This document shows positions 36,505-48,121 of a DNA stretch of 64,000 bases, in pieces (position 1 is the stretch's first letter; each line of letters starts with the position of its first letter). The notes beneath the pieces were generated by a model. The model saw only the letters and a list, made by a program, of their open reading frames with translations. It was not told where the DNA came from and made no database searches. The translations under genes were made by a program, and so were the position numbers. The stretch lies in the IMG/VR virus record IMGVR_UViG_3300048850_000068, positions 53,558-117,557 of that record. The stretch is one strand, 5' to 3'. This stretch comes from a virus.

Positions 36505-36990
36505 ATACGCTCTCTATAGACCACTCTCTAGGCTTACGTGTCTCTATAGCCCGGTGCCTTATGCCCAACGCCGTCTGCTTACTATAGATACATACTACTA
36601 GGTCTATAGAAGAGTAGCGCGAAGGCTCTGGGAATTGATCTCTCCGGAATATGTATCTTTCCTTGGTTTGTAAGGGCTCCGGTCTATAGAGCTGTCTTGG
36701 TCTCTATAGAGAGTGTGATGGGTCTGAGAGCTATTCCGGTGATCAGGTCTCTATAGAGAGTTCTGTCTCTTTCATGTCCTAGAGCCGGGTAGGATTCTGG
36801 TCTGTGTGTAACTCTATTCGAGGTTTAGATTTTGGTTTACAGACCCCTCTTTTATTTTTGGGCCTGATTTCATAAACCATTGTAAACCGGAATGCCTTAT
36901 TTCGATTTAGGTTGTTCCGGTTCGAGGTTTACGTTTTGGTTTATGGTTTATATGCCTAGCCTGCCTCAGCCGGACGCCTGTAAACCATGG
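36505..36990. repeat. Non-coding region with TCTATAGA and GGTTTA/TAAACC repeats
   Basis: About 6 (TC)TATAG(A) boxes in 36510-36760; about 8 GGTTTA/TAAACC in 36820-36990; AT-richer than the rest. Confidence 0.65.
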
Positions 36991-36991
36991 A

Positions 36992-37333
36992 CTAGCGCGT
37001 GGCTGCCTTAAGGCTGAAGGCGGGGAGCCAGTAACAGGTGGGGTTGCCGGTGAGCCGTGAGCACTCATAGGGCTGATCCTCGTAGCTGGTGAGGGTCATG
37101 ACCGTGAGTTCATCGCCCTTCCGGAAGACGGTGCATTCGCCCACCTTGAGCTTGTCGTAGCCGAAGGTCTCGACCGCCTTCAGATCCCGCTGCATGAGAA
37201 GCTGCCGATAGGTTGCGGCGTTCTGGACGTCCTTGCACGCGAGCAGCTCCGTGGGTAGCGGATACTTGACGCCTTGGGCTGCTGCGGGCGTTGCTAGGAG
37301 GGCTAGGCCCAGGAGTGCGGCTCTTATCGACAT
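36992..37333 (-). CDS. Exported hypothetical protein
   Basis: Signal peptide (AAA-Q), four Cys. Confidence 0.65.
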   Translation of the reverse strand: MSIRAALLGLALLATPAAAQGVKYPLPTELLACKDVQNAATYRQLLMQRDLKAVETFGYDKLKVGECTVFRKGDELTVMTLTSYEDQPYECSRLTGNPTCYWLPAFSLKAATR

Positions 37334-37698
37334 GAGTAGATGGATCCTGTTTGTGAGCAGTAGGTGGTGTTTCCCTTTCTGTCTTCGTAGATGGTCGTTG
37401 GCAAGCGGCGTTGAGAGGGAAGGGTTTCGCGATGGTTACGGCCACGGGTGTTGTTCTCCATGATGAGAGCCTCGTCGCCGTCATCGCAAGTCACGGAAGT
37501 TGAATAGCTCCAGCGCTGCACGTAGCAGTCCTTTGCCTGGGCCGTGGTGAACCAGGTGATGAAGATCACGGCAGCCAGAAGGAGCACAGTGAGGATCGGG
37601 TAGCGGTAGTCTGCCTTGGAGCCCTCCTCGCTCCAATACCGGTCCCGACTAAGACAGGTTCCGCATCCACCGCAGCCCGGGCATGGATCGCTACTCAT
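37324..37698 (-). CDS. Membrane-anchored hypothetical protein
   Basis: TM helix, Cys-rich N-terminus. Confidence 0.55.
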   Translation of the reverse strand: MSSDPCPGCGGCGTCLSRDRYWSEEGSKADYRYPILTVLLLAAVIFITWFTTAQAKDCYVQRWSYSTSVTCDDGDEALIMENNTRGRNHRETLPSQRRLPTTIYEDRKGNTTYCSQTGSIYSCR

Positions 37699-38372
37699 TC
37701 CTTCCTCCCTGTGAGATCCTTCACCTGCATGATGGGCTCGTAATTGCCTGGGGTCAGGTGAACCCCGATGTGCAGCCCGATCTTATCATCGATGATCTTG
37801 GCCCAGATCACGCCGTTGTCGAACACCTCATGGACCGTGAGGCCGAGGCCCGCGAGCTCCTGGAGCTCATTGTTGCGGATGTTCATGGCCGTGGTCTTCT
37901 TGTCCACGACCCGGACCATGTCGCCGGGCTCGGGCTTGTAGGGCTCTTCCGGTAGAATACGAATGGTGGCTTGACCTTCGGGCATGGGCACAAAGCCGCC
38001 CTTAAGGAGAGCCTCTCGCATTTCCTTGGTGATCACCATTTCCGGAGCGTGGTAGATCGGGGTAGGCTTGGCGCCGAGTTCGTCCCAGCGCTCCTGCACC
38101 CTCTTCGCCACATCGTCGAGCTTGGCGCTCACCACGGCGCCCTTCAGGTCGATGGTGCCGGCGTCATGGATCAGATCGGAGCCTGGCTCCTTCAGCAGCT
38201 CCGGATGGTTGGCCTTAAGGTGATCCTCGATCAGCTTGTCGGCGTATTCGAAGCCCTGTTCCGCCTTATAGGTGAGCTCCCAGGCTTCGTTGAGTTCCTG
38301 CTCGATCTCCTTGCGCAGCTCCTCGGGGAACTTCTCGCGGTTGGAATCGAACGTCATGGACAGAATGCTCAT
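37695..38372 (-). CDS. Hypothetical protein
   Basis: Coupled ORF in early-type operon. Confidence 0.6.
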   Translation of the reverse strand: MSILSMTFDSNREKFPEELRKEIEQELNEAWELTYKAEQGFEYADKLIEDHLKANHPELLKEPGSDLIHDAGTIDLKGAVVSAKLDDVAKRVQERWDELGAKPTPIYHAPEMVITKEMREALLKGGFVPMPEGQATIRILPEEPYKPEPGDMVRVVDKKTTAMNIRNNELQELAGLGLTVHEVFDNGVIWAKIIDDKIGLHIGVHLTPGNYEPIMQVKDLTGRKE

Positions 38373-39734
38373 TCCACTACCTCCGCGGTCAGCAGGGCCG
38401 TGATAATCATCTCACGGATATGGGGTGTCATCGCCTTGAGGTCCGGCGCCTTAATCTTGACGCCGTTCCCGAGGGGCAGTTCCCGCTTGCCGTCGAACAG
38501 ACCCTCGGCGAGCTTCACCACCTGGTCCCGCTTGACCGTGCCGGCCTTTACCAAATCACCAGTCAGCACGGTCGATCACTCCACGGTTCATGCAATCATC
38601 CGAGAGATTGACCTTGATTCCGGGCGCCACACGCTTCTGGCGCTCATCCGAGGCCATTGCGATCAAGGTTCGGAGCTCGTGCTCCGCCTTGGTCTGTCCG
38701 CCGAGCTCCACCTCGTAGCCGAGGCTTTGCAGCGCCGTCAGAATAGCGATGGTCACATGGCTCTTGCCCGAGGCGGGTAGGCCCGTGACCTTCACATGAA
38801 CCTGCTTCTTATCCGTCAATTTCCTTCTCCTATCATGTCCAGCAGCCAGCCGATGGCTTGCATATGGTTGTCGTCCTCGGGATTAGCGGCTTCGGAGGCA
38901 AGCTCCAACAGGGTCCGCAAATGATCCATCTCGTCGGCGTCGCAGCGCTCGAGGATTCCCTCGAGGTGCGCGCGGTATTCCGGGGTGATCCCGTGCTCTT
39001 CATCGGTCTTCGGCATGTTCGCCTCTCTGTGCGCTGCTGACGAGTATGTTGTCGCACACTCGCCAGCGGAATGCGGTCGGTAGCGTTAGGCAGCGAGCTT
39101 GAGCAGCTCGCGGCAGATGGGGACGAACTTGGCCCAGGCGAGATCGAGATCCACGGGCTCACCCATCGCGACGCTCCAGATCGTGCCATCGAGCTTATCG
39201 GTCTCGGCGGGAATGGAGATGGTAATCCGGAGCTCGCTCTCGTCCATCTCGTTCCAGATCCACATATCACGCCCGTCGAGCTGGAAGAACGGCAGATCGC
39301 TGTCGTCCAGCAAGTGCATCATGGCGAGCATGGGATTGTCGGGGAGTTTCTTGGAGACGACATCGAGGACGCGGTCGAGGAAGAGCGCATCGGGCGCGTC
39401 AAAGCTGAGACGGTGACAGGCGAAGTGCTCGTCGTAGGAAATCTTGGCATTCTGGAACATTGCGCGTTTCTCGCGTTGTGTTTGCTGACAGTGAGACTGT
39501 CGCACATGCGAGAGCGGAATGCGGCCGGCAGCGTCAGGCTCGTGCGCTGCGCAAGGTCCGGGTCGAGGAGATAACGGCTTGATTCACATAGGTCAGATGC
39601 TCGGATTTCCGCTTGAGCTTGAGGTTCTCCGCCTCGAGCTCAAGGACCCGGGCCTGAAGCAGATCGACCTTGGCCTGCAGCGCCGTGAGCCGCGCCAGGT
39701 CCGTGGGTTTGGTCTGAAATTTGCCCTGAGCCAT
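38369..39734 (-). CDS. Run of small hypothetical ORFs (38369-38569, 38556-38819, 38816-39016, 39086-~39460, 39534-39734)
   Basis: Tightly coupled minus-strand ORFs downstream of repeated promoter motifs. Confidence 0.55.
39036..39080 (-). promoter_or_regulatory. Representative of repeated phage promoter motif (CCGCAWTCCG-N10-TGCGACA-N~8-GTCAGC on minus strand)
   Basis: Copies with identical spacing near 39498, 42623, 43993, 50813, 52566; degenerate near 47443, 48648, 49985, 56428, 61033. Confidence 0.75.
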
Positions 39735-39870
39735 GAAGCTGTCCGTTCCTAATTTCGGGATCGATTTTAAAGCTCGCTGAGCGACGGGAAGCGATTTGCG
39801 CTGTCACGCATCACGAAAATGCTTCCCGTCGCTCTGTGCTATGTCTGACGTGATCCCTTACGCTGTTCTG

Positions 39871-40176
39871 TTAGCGCGTCTGATGCTTGCGCACATGCTC
39901 AAGCACAGACCAGAGCTGCGGGTTCACATCGACCTCTTCGCAGGCCTTTGGATCGAGGATCACCTGAAGGTTCGCCACATCCTCGCGAGCGAAGAAATGC
40001 CAGTGCTCCGGAGTGTCGAGCTGTCGGGCGTAGATGGACGTGCCATCCACCAGCACCTCGTCCGTATGCACGATGAAGCCATTCTCGAGGACGATGCTCA
40101 GGCTCTTGGTCAGATTGGTGTTGGTGGGGCAGAGGGTCTGAATCGCCTCGAGGATCCGTGTCTGTCCGATCTTCAT
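39871..40176 (-). CDS. Hypothetical protein
   Basis: AAGGAG RBS. Confidence 0.55.
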   Translation of the reverse strand: MKIGQTRILEAIQTLCPTNTNLTKSLSIVLENGFIVHTDEVLVDGTSIYARQLDTPEHWHFFAREDVANLQVILDPKACEEVDVNPQLWSVLEHVRKHQTR

Positions 40177-40185
40177 GTGTGCTCC

Positions 40186-41727
40186 TTACCAGCGGCTCTT
40201 CTTGCCGTTCTTGTGAACGTTGAGGATGACGGTGTTGACGTAGGTTCCGACCGATGCGAACGAACCAGCCGGCAGGTCGGTCCAATCCGCGCCCTTGCTC
40301 TCCATGAGCGCCCGGAAGGCAACGGCCTTCTTGGTCTCACGGAATTCGGTGCCGGCCGACAGGATCGCCACGAGCTGCCCGTCCTCCTCGAGGAAGTCTA
40401 GGGCGTGCATGATATGGTCGATGTCCCGTTCCCGGTCGAAAGGCGGATTCATCACCACCCGATTGTAGAGGCCCGTCACCTGTGGGCTGAGTGTCAGGAA
40501 GTCCTGCACATAGACCTTGCGGTAGATGCCTTCAACCTCGAGGCCTGCGGCCAGGTGCGGCTGGATCTCCACGCAATCGACGACCGTCGCATAGGTATAC
40601 TCGGCGAGCTGTCGGCGCATCCAATCGTTTCCGGCAGTCTCTTCGCCGCGCACCAGGCGCCGCGCCAGGTTGCCGGTGCCGGCCGAGGGCTCGAGGATTC
40701 GGATCGGGCCCTTGTCCCGCTTCTGCATGACCGATACCTTGCCGATCACACGTTCCGCGGCGTCCTCCGGTGTCGGGAAGAAGCCGAAGTAGCGGGCCGG
40801 CGTGGTCTTGCGGTTGCCCTCGCTGAGCGGATCCTCCTCGGCCTGCTGACCGTCGCCGATCACCTCGCCGTAGTATTCGCCGAGCAGCTTGTTGACCTTC
40901 TGCACCAGATCGTCGCGCCTGAACCAGATATGCGCGTTGCCGTTCTTGAAGCCGCGGATCAGGAAGTATTCGGTCTCGAGCTCCGTCTGTCGCTTGCCGC
41001 CGAAGCCTGAGCGCTGGTGTCGGAGCTGCCGCACGGCCGACGTGAAGCCACTCTCCGGCTTGCCGTCGAGCACCGCGAACACTCGCTCCACGTCCACGAT
41101 CATATCCTCGATCCGACCCCAGTTCAGATGCCCATAATCGTCGAAGGCATAGGTGAGGATGATCCGAGAGCCGATCTTGAAGCCGTCGTGCGACTTGAAG
41201 CGCCGATCGAGGGCCGAGAACACATTGGCGATGCCGCGGCGGAAGATGAGGCCTTGCTGAGAGCGGAAGTGCTCGAGGGTCGCGATGATGTTGTCGACCG
41301 TGACCTCGGGCATGCCCTGAGCCTGCTCTTCCTCGGTGATCAACTGACCGCGCTTGTTCGGCTTCATCGGAACATAGGCCATCTGCTTCCGGAGCTGATC
41401 CTTGGCCTCCTTGTCCATCAGCCGCTCGAGGTCGGTGCGCTCGATCAACCAGGACCAGACATTGATATCGATCAGGCGCTTGGCGACGGTGAGATACTGA
41501 TCCCGCGGCGGTGGAGCGACGGCGTTGAAGAACGCCTTCACCTCGTCGGCGTGCTGGTGATTGAAGGAGTTGGTGCCGGGCGAGGCCGACCAGGCAACCT
41601 CATTTGCGGCCCTGACCGCCTCCTGAGCCTGCAGAATGGCGCTGTGAGCCACTCCATACAGCTCAATGGCCTTGTTGCGTCGTTCGACGATCTCCTCGAC
41701 CGTCTCTCGGCGTGCAATCGCGTTCAT
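40186..41727 (-). CDS. DUF4942-domain + class I SAM-dependent (amino) DNA methyltransferase
   Basis: FKNGNAHIWF; FFPTP, ILEPSAGTG, VMNPPF. Confidence 0.85.
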   Translation of the reverse strand: MNAIARRETVEEIVERRNKAIELYGVAHSAILQAQEAVRAANEVAWSASPGTNSFNHQHADEVKAFFNAVAPPPRDQYLTVAKRLIDINVWSWLIERTDLERLMDKEAKDQLRKQMAYVPMKPNKRGQLITEEEQAQGMPEVTVDNIIATLEHFRSQQGLIFRRGIANVFSALDRRFKSHDGFKIGSRIILTYAFDDYGHLNWGRIEDMIVDVERVFAVLDGKPESGFTSAVRQLRHQRSGFGGKRQTELETEYFLIRGFKNGNAHIWFRRDDLVQKVNKLLGEYYGEVIGDGQQAEEDPLSEGNRKTTPARYFGFFPTPEDAAERVIGKVSVMQKRDKGPIRILEPSAGTGNLARRLVRGEETAGNDWMRRQLAEYTYATVVDCVEIQPHLAAGLEVEGIYRKVYVQDFLTLSPQVTGLYNRVVMNPPFDRERDIDHIMHALDFLEEDGQLVAILSAGTEFRETKKAVAFRALMESKGADWTDLPAGSFASVGTYVNTVILNVHKNGKKSRW

Positions 41728-43955
41728 TCCTGCCCTTCTCCCTTCTTGCGCCGAGCGATCTGACGCTCGATGTTTGCCAGCAACCCGGACGGGTGGTTCA
41801 TCCGCGTCCAGTGCTGCACCACGTTGCTGTCCTGATCGAATGCCTCGACGATCCAGCGCTCGCCGGGATCGGGGTTGGCCCGTATAGCTGCGCGGACTGC
41901 CTTTTCGTGAAGCATTAGGCCCTCCCCGCCCGCTTGGCGTTCTTGCGAGCCCGCTTGTCCGCGGCCGCATTGATGATCGGCGCCTCGCGCTCCAGGCGCA
42001 GCCGCTCCTGCTCAGCCCACCAGGCCTCGCGCTTCAGCTTTCGCAGGTGGAACTCGTAGGCGTTGATGTGCGAGCGGTATTCCGGGAGGTATTTGCGGCG
42101 CTGCTGCTCGTCGTGGGCGCGCTTCTCCTCCTCAGTCATGCGTGTTCCGCGCGAAGCGCCGTAGAAGTATTGGCTGCCAACCGCCGCCGCGAGCATCGAC
42201 GCGGCGATCGGCAGGCTCATGTGTCGGTGACCCGCGACCATCAGGCGAGCTCCTTACCCAGGCGCTCGCGCCAGATATTCATCAGCGTCCACACCTGGTC
42301 CGTGTCCGTGTGTTCCGCGGCTTGGCACTCGGCGTCGAATTGGTTGATCTGCTCGTGGATATCGATGGCGACGTTTACGAGCTCCGGCTTCGGGCCGCAG
42401 TTGATGTGCTCGCACAGATCATCCACCTCGCCATCGTCGAGGAAGAAGTCGCGCCCGTTCTGCGCGATCTCCAACAGATCGTTGCTCGGCAGGCTGGTTT
42501 TCTGCCACAGCCGCAGCGCAGCGAGAATAATGTCGCGCTCTTCGGCGCTGACGGCGATGATCTGATCTCTTGGGCCGATTTCGTCTGTCATGTTAAGCCT
42601 CAGTAATTACTGACTTATTTACTGTCGCACACTTACTCTTGGATTGCGGGCGGTTGCTCGAGGATCTCGTAGCGGTCGATGCCGTCGAGCAAGATGAGGG
42701 TGCGGCCGGTGTCCCACTTGACGAACACCTGGCGCACGCCGTCGCCAACCTCGACGCCGATCCGCTTAACCGTGCCTTCGTCGCCGATCTTAATCGGGAA
42801 CGGATCGTGCGGCATCTCGAGGAGCTTGATGCGGGTGCCTTCCTTAAGCTGCGTCATTGGTGCTCTCCATCAGAACCTTCTCAAGTCCATTATCCAAATC
42901 CACATGGCGCGCGGCCCACTCCCAATAGGAGAGCCGCGTGTCGCCGCTTTGAACCTCGAGGCGCCAGTCCGTGAGATCGTAGTCGGGGTGCTCGCCGTTG
43001 AACCCGCCGTTCTCCTCCATGACCTTGTTCACGAACGAGATCCACGGCTGCCCATCTTCCGGGGTGAGATCCACGTGCGTCGTGGTCTTGGTGGGCAGAT
43101 CGACCACCTTGAACACCGTGGCGATGCTCGTCGGGTCGCGCTGGATGTCGAGCGCCTTCTGAGCCGCTTCCTGCGGGCTGTCGGCGTCGAGGTTGATCTT
43201 CCAGGAGACGAGGAACTCAGTCATCGGACGTTCCTTCCTGGTCGAGGAACTCGATCAGCTCGTTGGCGCTCATGTGCCCGCCCTTGATCTTGGAGTCGAG
43301 GAAGCGGCCGAGCACCGAAACGACCGTTTCTGGCGTCCAGTCGTAATCGTCAGCGGCGTTGATGATGATGGTTTCAGCGTCCATTAGTCTTGTCCCTCCT
43401 CAACAGGATCGGTGTCGTTGATGCCGACGGCTTCCAGCCACTCGTCATCCGGCAGCTCGCGGATTCGCTTAAGCAGGGCTGCCTTGAGCAGATCCGGAGT
43501 AAAGTCCTCGCCCATCACGTCGTTGGAGAGCACGCTGAAGGCGATGACGCATTGATGATTGAATTTCGGCATCAGGCCGCGACCCCTGCATATTCGCTGT
43601 TGCGGTATTGAGCGCGCAGGCGCTCCTCGGGCGTCTCGAAGCAGCCTTCGTCGAGCAGGAACTCGTAGAGGGCCTTTTCCGCCTCTTCGAGGCTCGGGGC
43701 GTGCTCGGTGACGCAGATCCAGCAGTATTCGAACCGCCCGGCCGTCTCGAGGATGGAATAGTAGGTGGTCAGGGCGTCGCCATCGTCCCAGCGATAGCTA
43801 ACGGGGTAGAGGTAGACGGTTGTTGCCTTCTCACCGTCACCGCTCGGACCTGTCTCGTCGCAGCCGGCCTGAAACCAGGCGTCGATCACATGAGGGTCGG
43901 TCGGCTTGCCGGTGATGCGGGCGGCGCTGAACTGCTCAATCGTATGTGTGGGCAT
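41724..43955 (-). CDS. Run of small hypothetical ORFs (41724-41915, 41915-42241, 42241-42591, 42633-42857 DUF4314-like, 42844-43224, 43384-43572, 43572-43955)
   Basis: Coupled ORFs; 42633-42857 has RIKLLEMPHDP..G.EGTV..VKWDTG pattern. Confidence 0.55.
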
Positions 43956-44074
43956 AAGTCAATCCTGACTGTGTGCTCTGCTGACGAATCAATGTCGCAT
44001 ATCGATTTTCGGATAGCTACCGGCTGTGCTAGGATAAGTCAATGCTGACTGAACACACCACGGGAGAGACACCG

Positions 44075-44803
44075 ATGTTCGAAGCTATCCTGCTTTATCT
44101 GGCCCTTGCCACGGCCTATATCCAAGTGCCCTTGGGCTACCTGGTTGCCTATCTTCACACACCCCTGCAATACGTCATGGTGCCCCTCGGGGCCGTCGTG
44201 AACCGCGTCCGCGGCGGTGGATACTTACCTGTTCAAGACCCTCCCCGTTCCGGGCTCAAGATGTGGGTCTGTGCGGTGATCATGACGCTCCTTGCCTGCG
44301 TCTACTGGCCTCCCCTCACCGCTCTCGCCATCGGCGCCGGCCTGGTGATCTGGGATTCCGCTCTGCCATGGGGTCGCTACTACACCTTCAACCGTCACCC
44401 GCGCACCATCTCCGGCGAGCCGATGTGGGCCGAGCGCATCATCGAGGCGATTTCTGACGTTGGTGGGACCCGCCGTGACCGCGTCGCCTTCTTCATCCGC
44501 AACCTGATCGCCTTTGCGCTCGCGACCGCAGCCCTGGCGCTGTCCCAGGTCGAGCCGTCGCTGGTCGTATCAGCCGTGACCACGGGTGCGTTCTCGGCGC
44601 TCTGGTCGGCCCTCACCGTGCAATATGCCGCTCTGCTCTGGTTTATCCCGGCCGCAGCCCTGATCCAGAACCTTTCCTACGAGATCGGCTGGCGCATCGC
44701 TGACTATAAGGACGGCCCCGGCGCCGGCACAGGGATCCACTACTGCGAGCACCTCATGGGTGCTGCTTTCGGCGCCATGATCGGATTTGGCGCAGCTATT
44801 TAA
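44075..44803 (+). CDS. Polytopic membrane protein
   Basis: Several TM segments, NRVRGGG motif; GGAGA RBS; opposite orientation with an operator copy upstream. Confidence 0.7.
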   Translation: MFEAILLYLALATAYIQVPLGYLVAYLHTPLQYVMVPLGAVVNRVRGGGYLPVQDPPRSGLKMWVCAVIMTLLACVYWPPLTALAIGAGLVIWDSALPWGRYYTFNRHPRTISGEPMWAERIIEAISDVGGTRRDRVAFFIRNLIAFALATAALALSQVEPSLVVSAVTTGAFSALWSALTVQYAALLWFIPAAALIQNLSYEIGWRIADYKDGPGAGTGIHYCEHLMGAAFGAMIGFGAAI

Positions 44804-45120
44804 GCCAAGCTGGAACCTTCAGGGGTGTCGTGTTATATAAGGGAGTGGAGAGGGCGGTTTCCCGCCCTCCCCTGTGCTTAGGATATCGATACGCGGAGAG
44901 TGAGGGTCCAGCTCACTCTCCGTTTTACGTGATACCTAAACGATACGCGAATCCGCGGTAGAAACCACATCATCTTGTATCCTCCTGATCGGGCGAAGCC
45001 GTCGCCCAGCGACGCCGGTAGGCTTCCGGCGCGGGGCCCTGGCCGGCCCTGGCGTTTACGCCCGATCAAATCCCTCTATAGGGCCATTCTCTTAAGATTC
45101 TGTGGCCTTGATATTCTTGG

Positions 45121-45136
45121 TTAATTTCCGGTTAAC
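45121..45136. promoter_or_regulatory. CtrA-type box
   Basis: TTAA-TTTCCGG-TTAAC in intergenic DNA. Confidence 0.55.
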
Positions 45137-45221
45137 GGAAGCAAAGCCGCCTTTCTCTACATCCACCCTGACGCCTGAGCTCCGATCCGGATTGGTATCG
45201 ATAATTGCCCCTTATCGCTAC

Positions 45222-45509
45222 CTATCGCTTGTGCGTGGCATCGCGGGCGTTCAGGGGCGGCAGCGGCAGCGGTTGCCAGTGCGTGACCTCCCAAGTCACC
45301 TGTCCGTAGCAGCGGAAGGCACCCTTCCCCGCGTCATAGAACCCTACTCGAATACCCCATCCACCGCCTTTGCGGGCTTCCGTATCAAGCAAACCGCAAT
45401 GCCCGTTGAGGAAGCACAGCACATCCTCGCTGTCCTGGCCCTGCTCGCCGGGAAGACGGTGATCCACGTCGATCCAGTTATCAACCTCTGCGTCGTTACC
45501 TGTGCTCAT
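45222..45509 (-). CDS. DUF551-like protein
   Basis: WIDVDHRLP...VTHWQPLPLPP. Confidence 0.75.
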   Translation of the reverse strand: MSTGNDAEVDNWIDVDHRLPGEQGQDSEDVLCFLNGHCGLLDTEARKGGGWGIRVGFYDAGKGAFRCYGQVTWEVTHWQPLPLPPLNARDATHKR

Positions 45510-45588
45510 TCTCGTCCTCGTTGTGTTCGGAGACGTGTCCAAACGATCAGTTGCTCGCGTGTTCCTTAAGTGAACAGCACGCCGATGA

Positions 45589-47390
45589 TCAGTCCCAGTT
45601 CTCATTTCCGGCCAGGTCGTCGGCGTCCAAGATCAGTGCCGCCTTCTGTTCACGGGTGAAGGTGTCCCAGAGGCGCTGCGTGTTCTCGCCGATGTAGTTG
45701 CGCCAGTTGTGAACGCGGCCGCCCTCATTCCAGTCCACGGCCTCGCCGGCCAGTCGATATGCGGTTTCAGGGCTCATGGCTCACTCTGGATTCGTGAAGG
45801 TGAGCCGGTGCGGCCCGTCGATCGGCTTGGCGAAGTCGGGCACGGTCCAGGAGCGCTCGTCAGCTCCCGAGAGATTGCGCCAGGCTTCCCACTCGGCTCG
45901 CTTGGTGTCCGGCACCAGATACCAATGGCAGGAATCGTCCTGAGCCAGGAAGAAGCGCTCGCCACGGCGCAGACGCTCATTCTCGAAGATGATGGACTGC
46001 ACACGCTTCACGGAATCGTAGTCACCATGAACGAATAGCTCGCCGCTACCATCGCCGACGCCGATCGTCACGGACATCTTGTTCTGCAACTCGTGGATCT
46101 TGGCGACGTAGCCCGTCACCTCCTCGGCGGTCACGGGCGAGCATAGCTCGTTGATGCCCGTATAGCCCTGGTGGAAGCTCGGAATCAGATCCTCATAGAA
46201 GCCGAAGACCACCTCGCCCTTCACCTGGTCGAGCCTCTCCTGCAGCTCTCGGATCTGATCGCTGGTTCTATGCGCTACACGCTGGGTCATGCCAACATCC
46301 TTCCCAATAAAATCAGCCCGACGACTGTGGAGATCCCCAGAACGCCGAACACCCACCAAACCAGATACGCGAGCCCTTCCATTCCCTTGTTACGGGTCAG
46401 ATACGAGATCACCAGGCAGCCCACGAAGATCACGCCGACCGTGCCGAGCGCATACATCGAGGCGTAGCCAAACACTTCCACTAGATTACTCATGCCCGCC
46501 GTAACCTCACCTGTTGCACGTTCTTCGCATCCGCCGCCTTGAGGGCCGCGAGCACACACTTCTTGATGGCTGCCTGGGTGTTGGCGTCGAGCTGCTCCCA
46601 AGGCGGCGGGATCACCTCGTGACCTCGGCTCATCGCCTCCCGGCTGTAGGCTGCGAGCCAGGCCTGGGAGGCGATGTCCAAAGTCTCGCGGTCGAGATCC
46701 GCCTCGATCTTCACCGCATGTCCTCCCACTTGGGCTTGAGCACCCGTGGGCGCGCCCGGACGCGGAACTGCAGGCGGTAGTTCGGGTCAGCCCCGCCGGC
46801 CGTCAGGACGCTGATGTTGATGTTCGCCCGCTCGCGCGTCTTGAAGCGCTCGGTGATGAACGACCCGTCGGGCCGTTCATACACATTGGCGTGGAGCTCG
46901 CTCACGCTGCGACCTGCACAGATGCGGGCTCAGCCGCCCACGTGCCCGTGCGCTCGAGGGTCGAGATCAGGGTCGCCTTGACCTGATCCGGCACCTGGTC
47001 GTCCTCGAGGATGTCCTCTCGCTTGATGTCCAGAGCGTTCACGATGTAGTCGAGGGTCGCCTCATGGGCCTTGTTGACCGTGCCGAGATGGGTCAGGTCG
47101 TTCTGGTAAAGGCGGATGTGAAACTCGGCCTTCCGGGCGCGGTCGAGATACTTATTGTTGGCCTCGAGGAGCTCCTGCACCCGGGCCGCATGGCGCCGCT
47201 CATAGGCGCCGTTGAGCACCATCTTCGTATAGACGCGGATCAGGCTCTCCTGGGCGTCCTTCGAGCGCTCCAGAACGCGCAGGGCGGTGTTGAGCGTGCT
47301 TCGCGACTTGACGAGCGCATAGGCGCTGGTGACGCCGGCGAAGCCCGCAAGAGCGGACACGGCGCCGATGGCAAGAAGGCTGAGACTCAT
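45589..47390 (-). CDS. Run of small hypothetical ORFs (45589-45777, 45781-46290, 46287-~46493, 46490-~46719, 46711-46905, 46902-47390)
   Basis: Coupled minus-strand ORFs. Confidence 0.5.
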
Positions 47391-47468
47391 TGTATTCCTC
47401 TCTTAAGTCAGTGCTGACTTATATGTGTAGAACAGAAAATGACGGAATGCGAGCGGTAACTCGCAGGC

Positions 47469-47849
47469 TCATTCTCCGGATTCGAACTTACGGATGGTTT
47501 CAGAGGACCACTTCTCGGCCCGCTGGGGCTTGATGCCCCGCTTGTCGAGCTCCGCGGCGATCCCGCGGTAGCTGTTGATGCCACTCGCCCGGATCTCGGC
47601 GATGATCGGCAGGATACGGCCGCGATGCTCGTCGCGGGTTTCGCGCAGCCGCTTGGCTGCGATCTTCCGGGCTTCCGGCAGGTTGACCGGGTTGCCGCGC
47701 CCGAGCTTGCTCTCTTGCAAAGCCAACTTTGCACGTTCCTGCAGCTCCAGGAATCGATTCAGGCAATCCTCACCGCCTGTCTTGAACTGCACCACGGCCT
47801 CAGCGACGCGTCGCAAGCGCCCGAGCGCCAACTCCTTCCTATTCGGCAT
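47469..47849 (-). CDS. Stand-alone serine-recombinase-type DNA-binding domain protein (no catalytic domain)
   Basis: KLGRGNP..., SYRGIAAELDKRGIK..R..KWSSETIR. Confidence 0.65.
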   Translation of the reverse strand: MPNRKELALGRLRRVAEAVVQFKTGGEDCLNRFLELQERAKLALQESKLGRGNPVNLPEARKIAAKRLRETRDEHRGRILPIIAEIRASGINSYRGIAAELDKRGIKPQRAEKWSSETIRKFESGE

Positions 47850-48121
47850 GCCTCTCCTCCTCGCCCACATAGTCGATGATAAATGGCGGGTCCAGTTCAG
47901 CGCGAATCGCTTTCTGAACCTCATCGAGATTGGCAAGCTTGCCCTGCCAGCGGGCGCCCTTGCGTGGCAGCTTAAAGCTAAGCTGTCCAGTTCCGGGGTT
48001 GCGCCACACCTTGAGTGTGGGCTTCTCGGTCTCCTCAGACATGTTGCCTCCTTATTAAGTAAGGAATGACTGACGCAGCGAATCAAATAAAGGGCGGGAG
48101 ATGAACCCCGCCCAAACTGTC

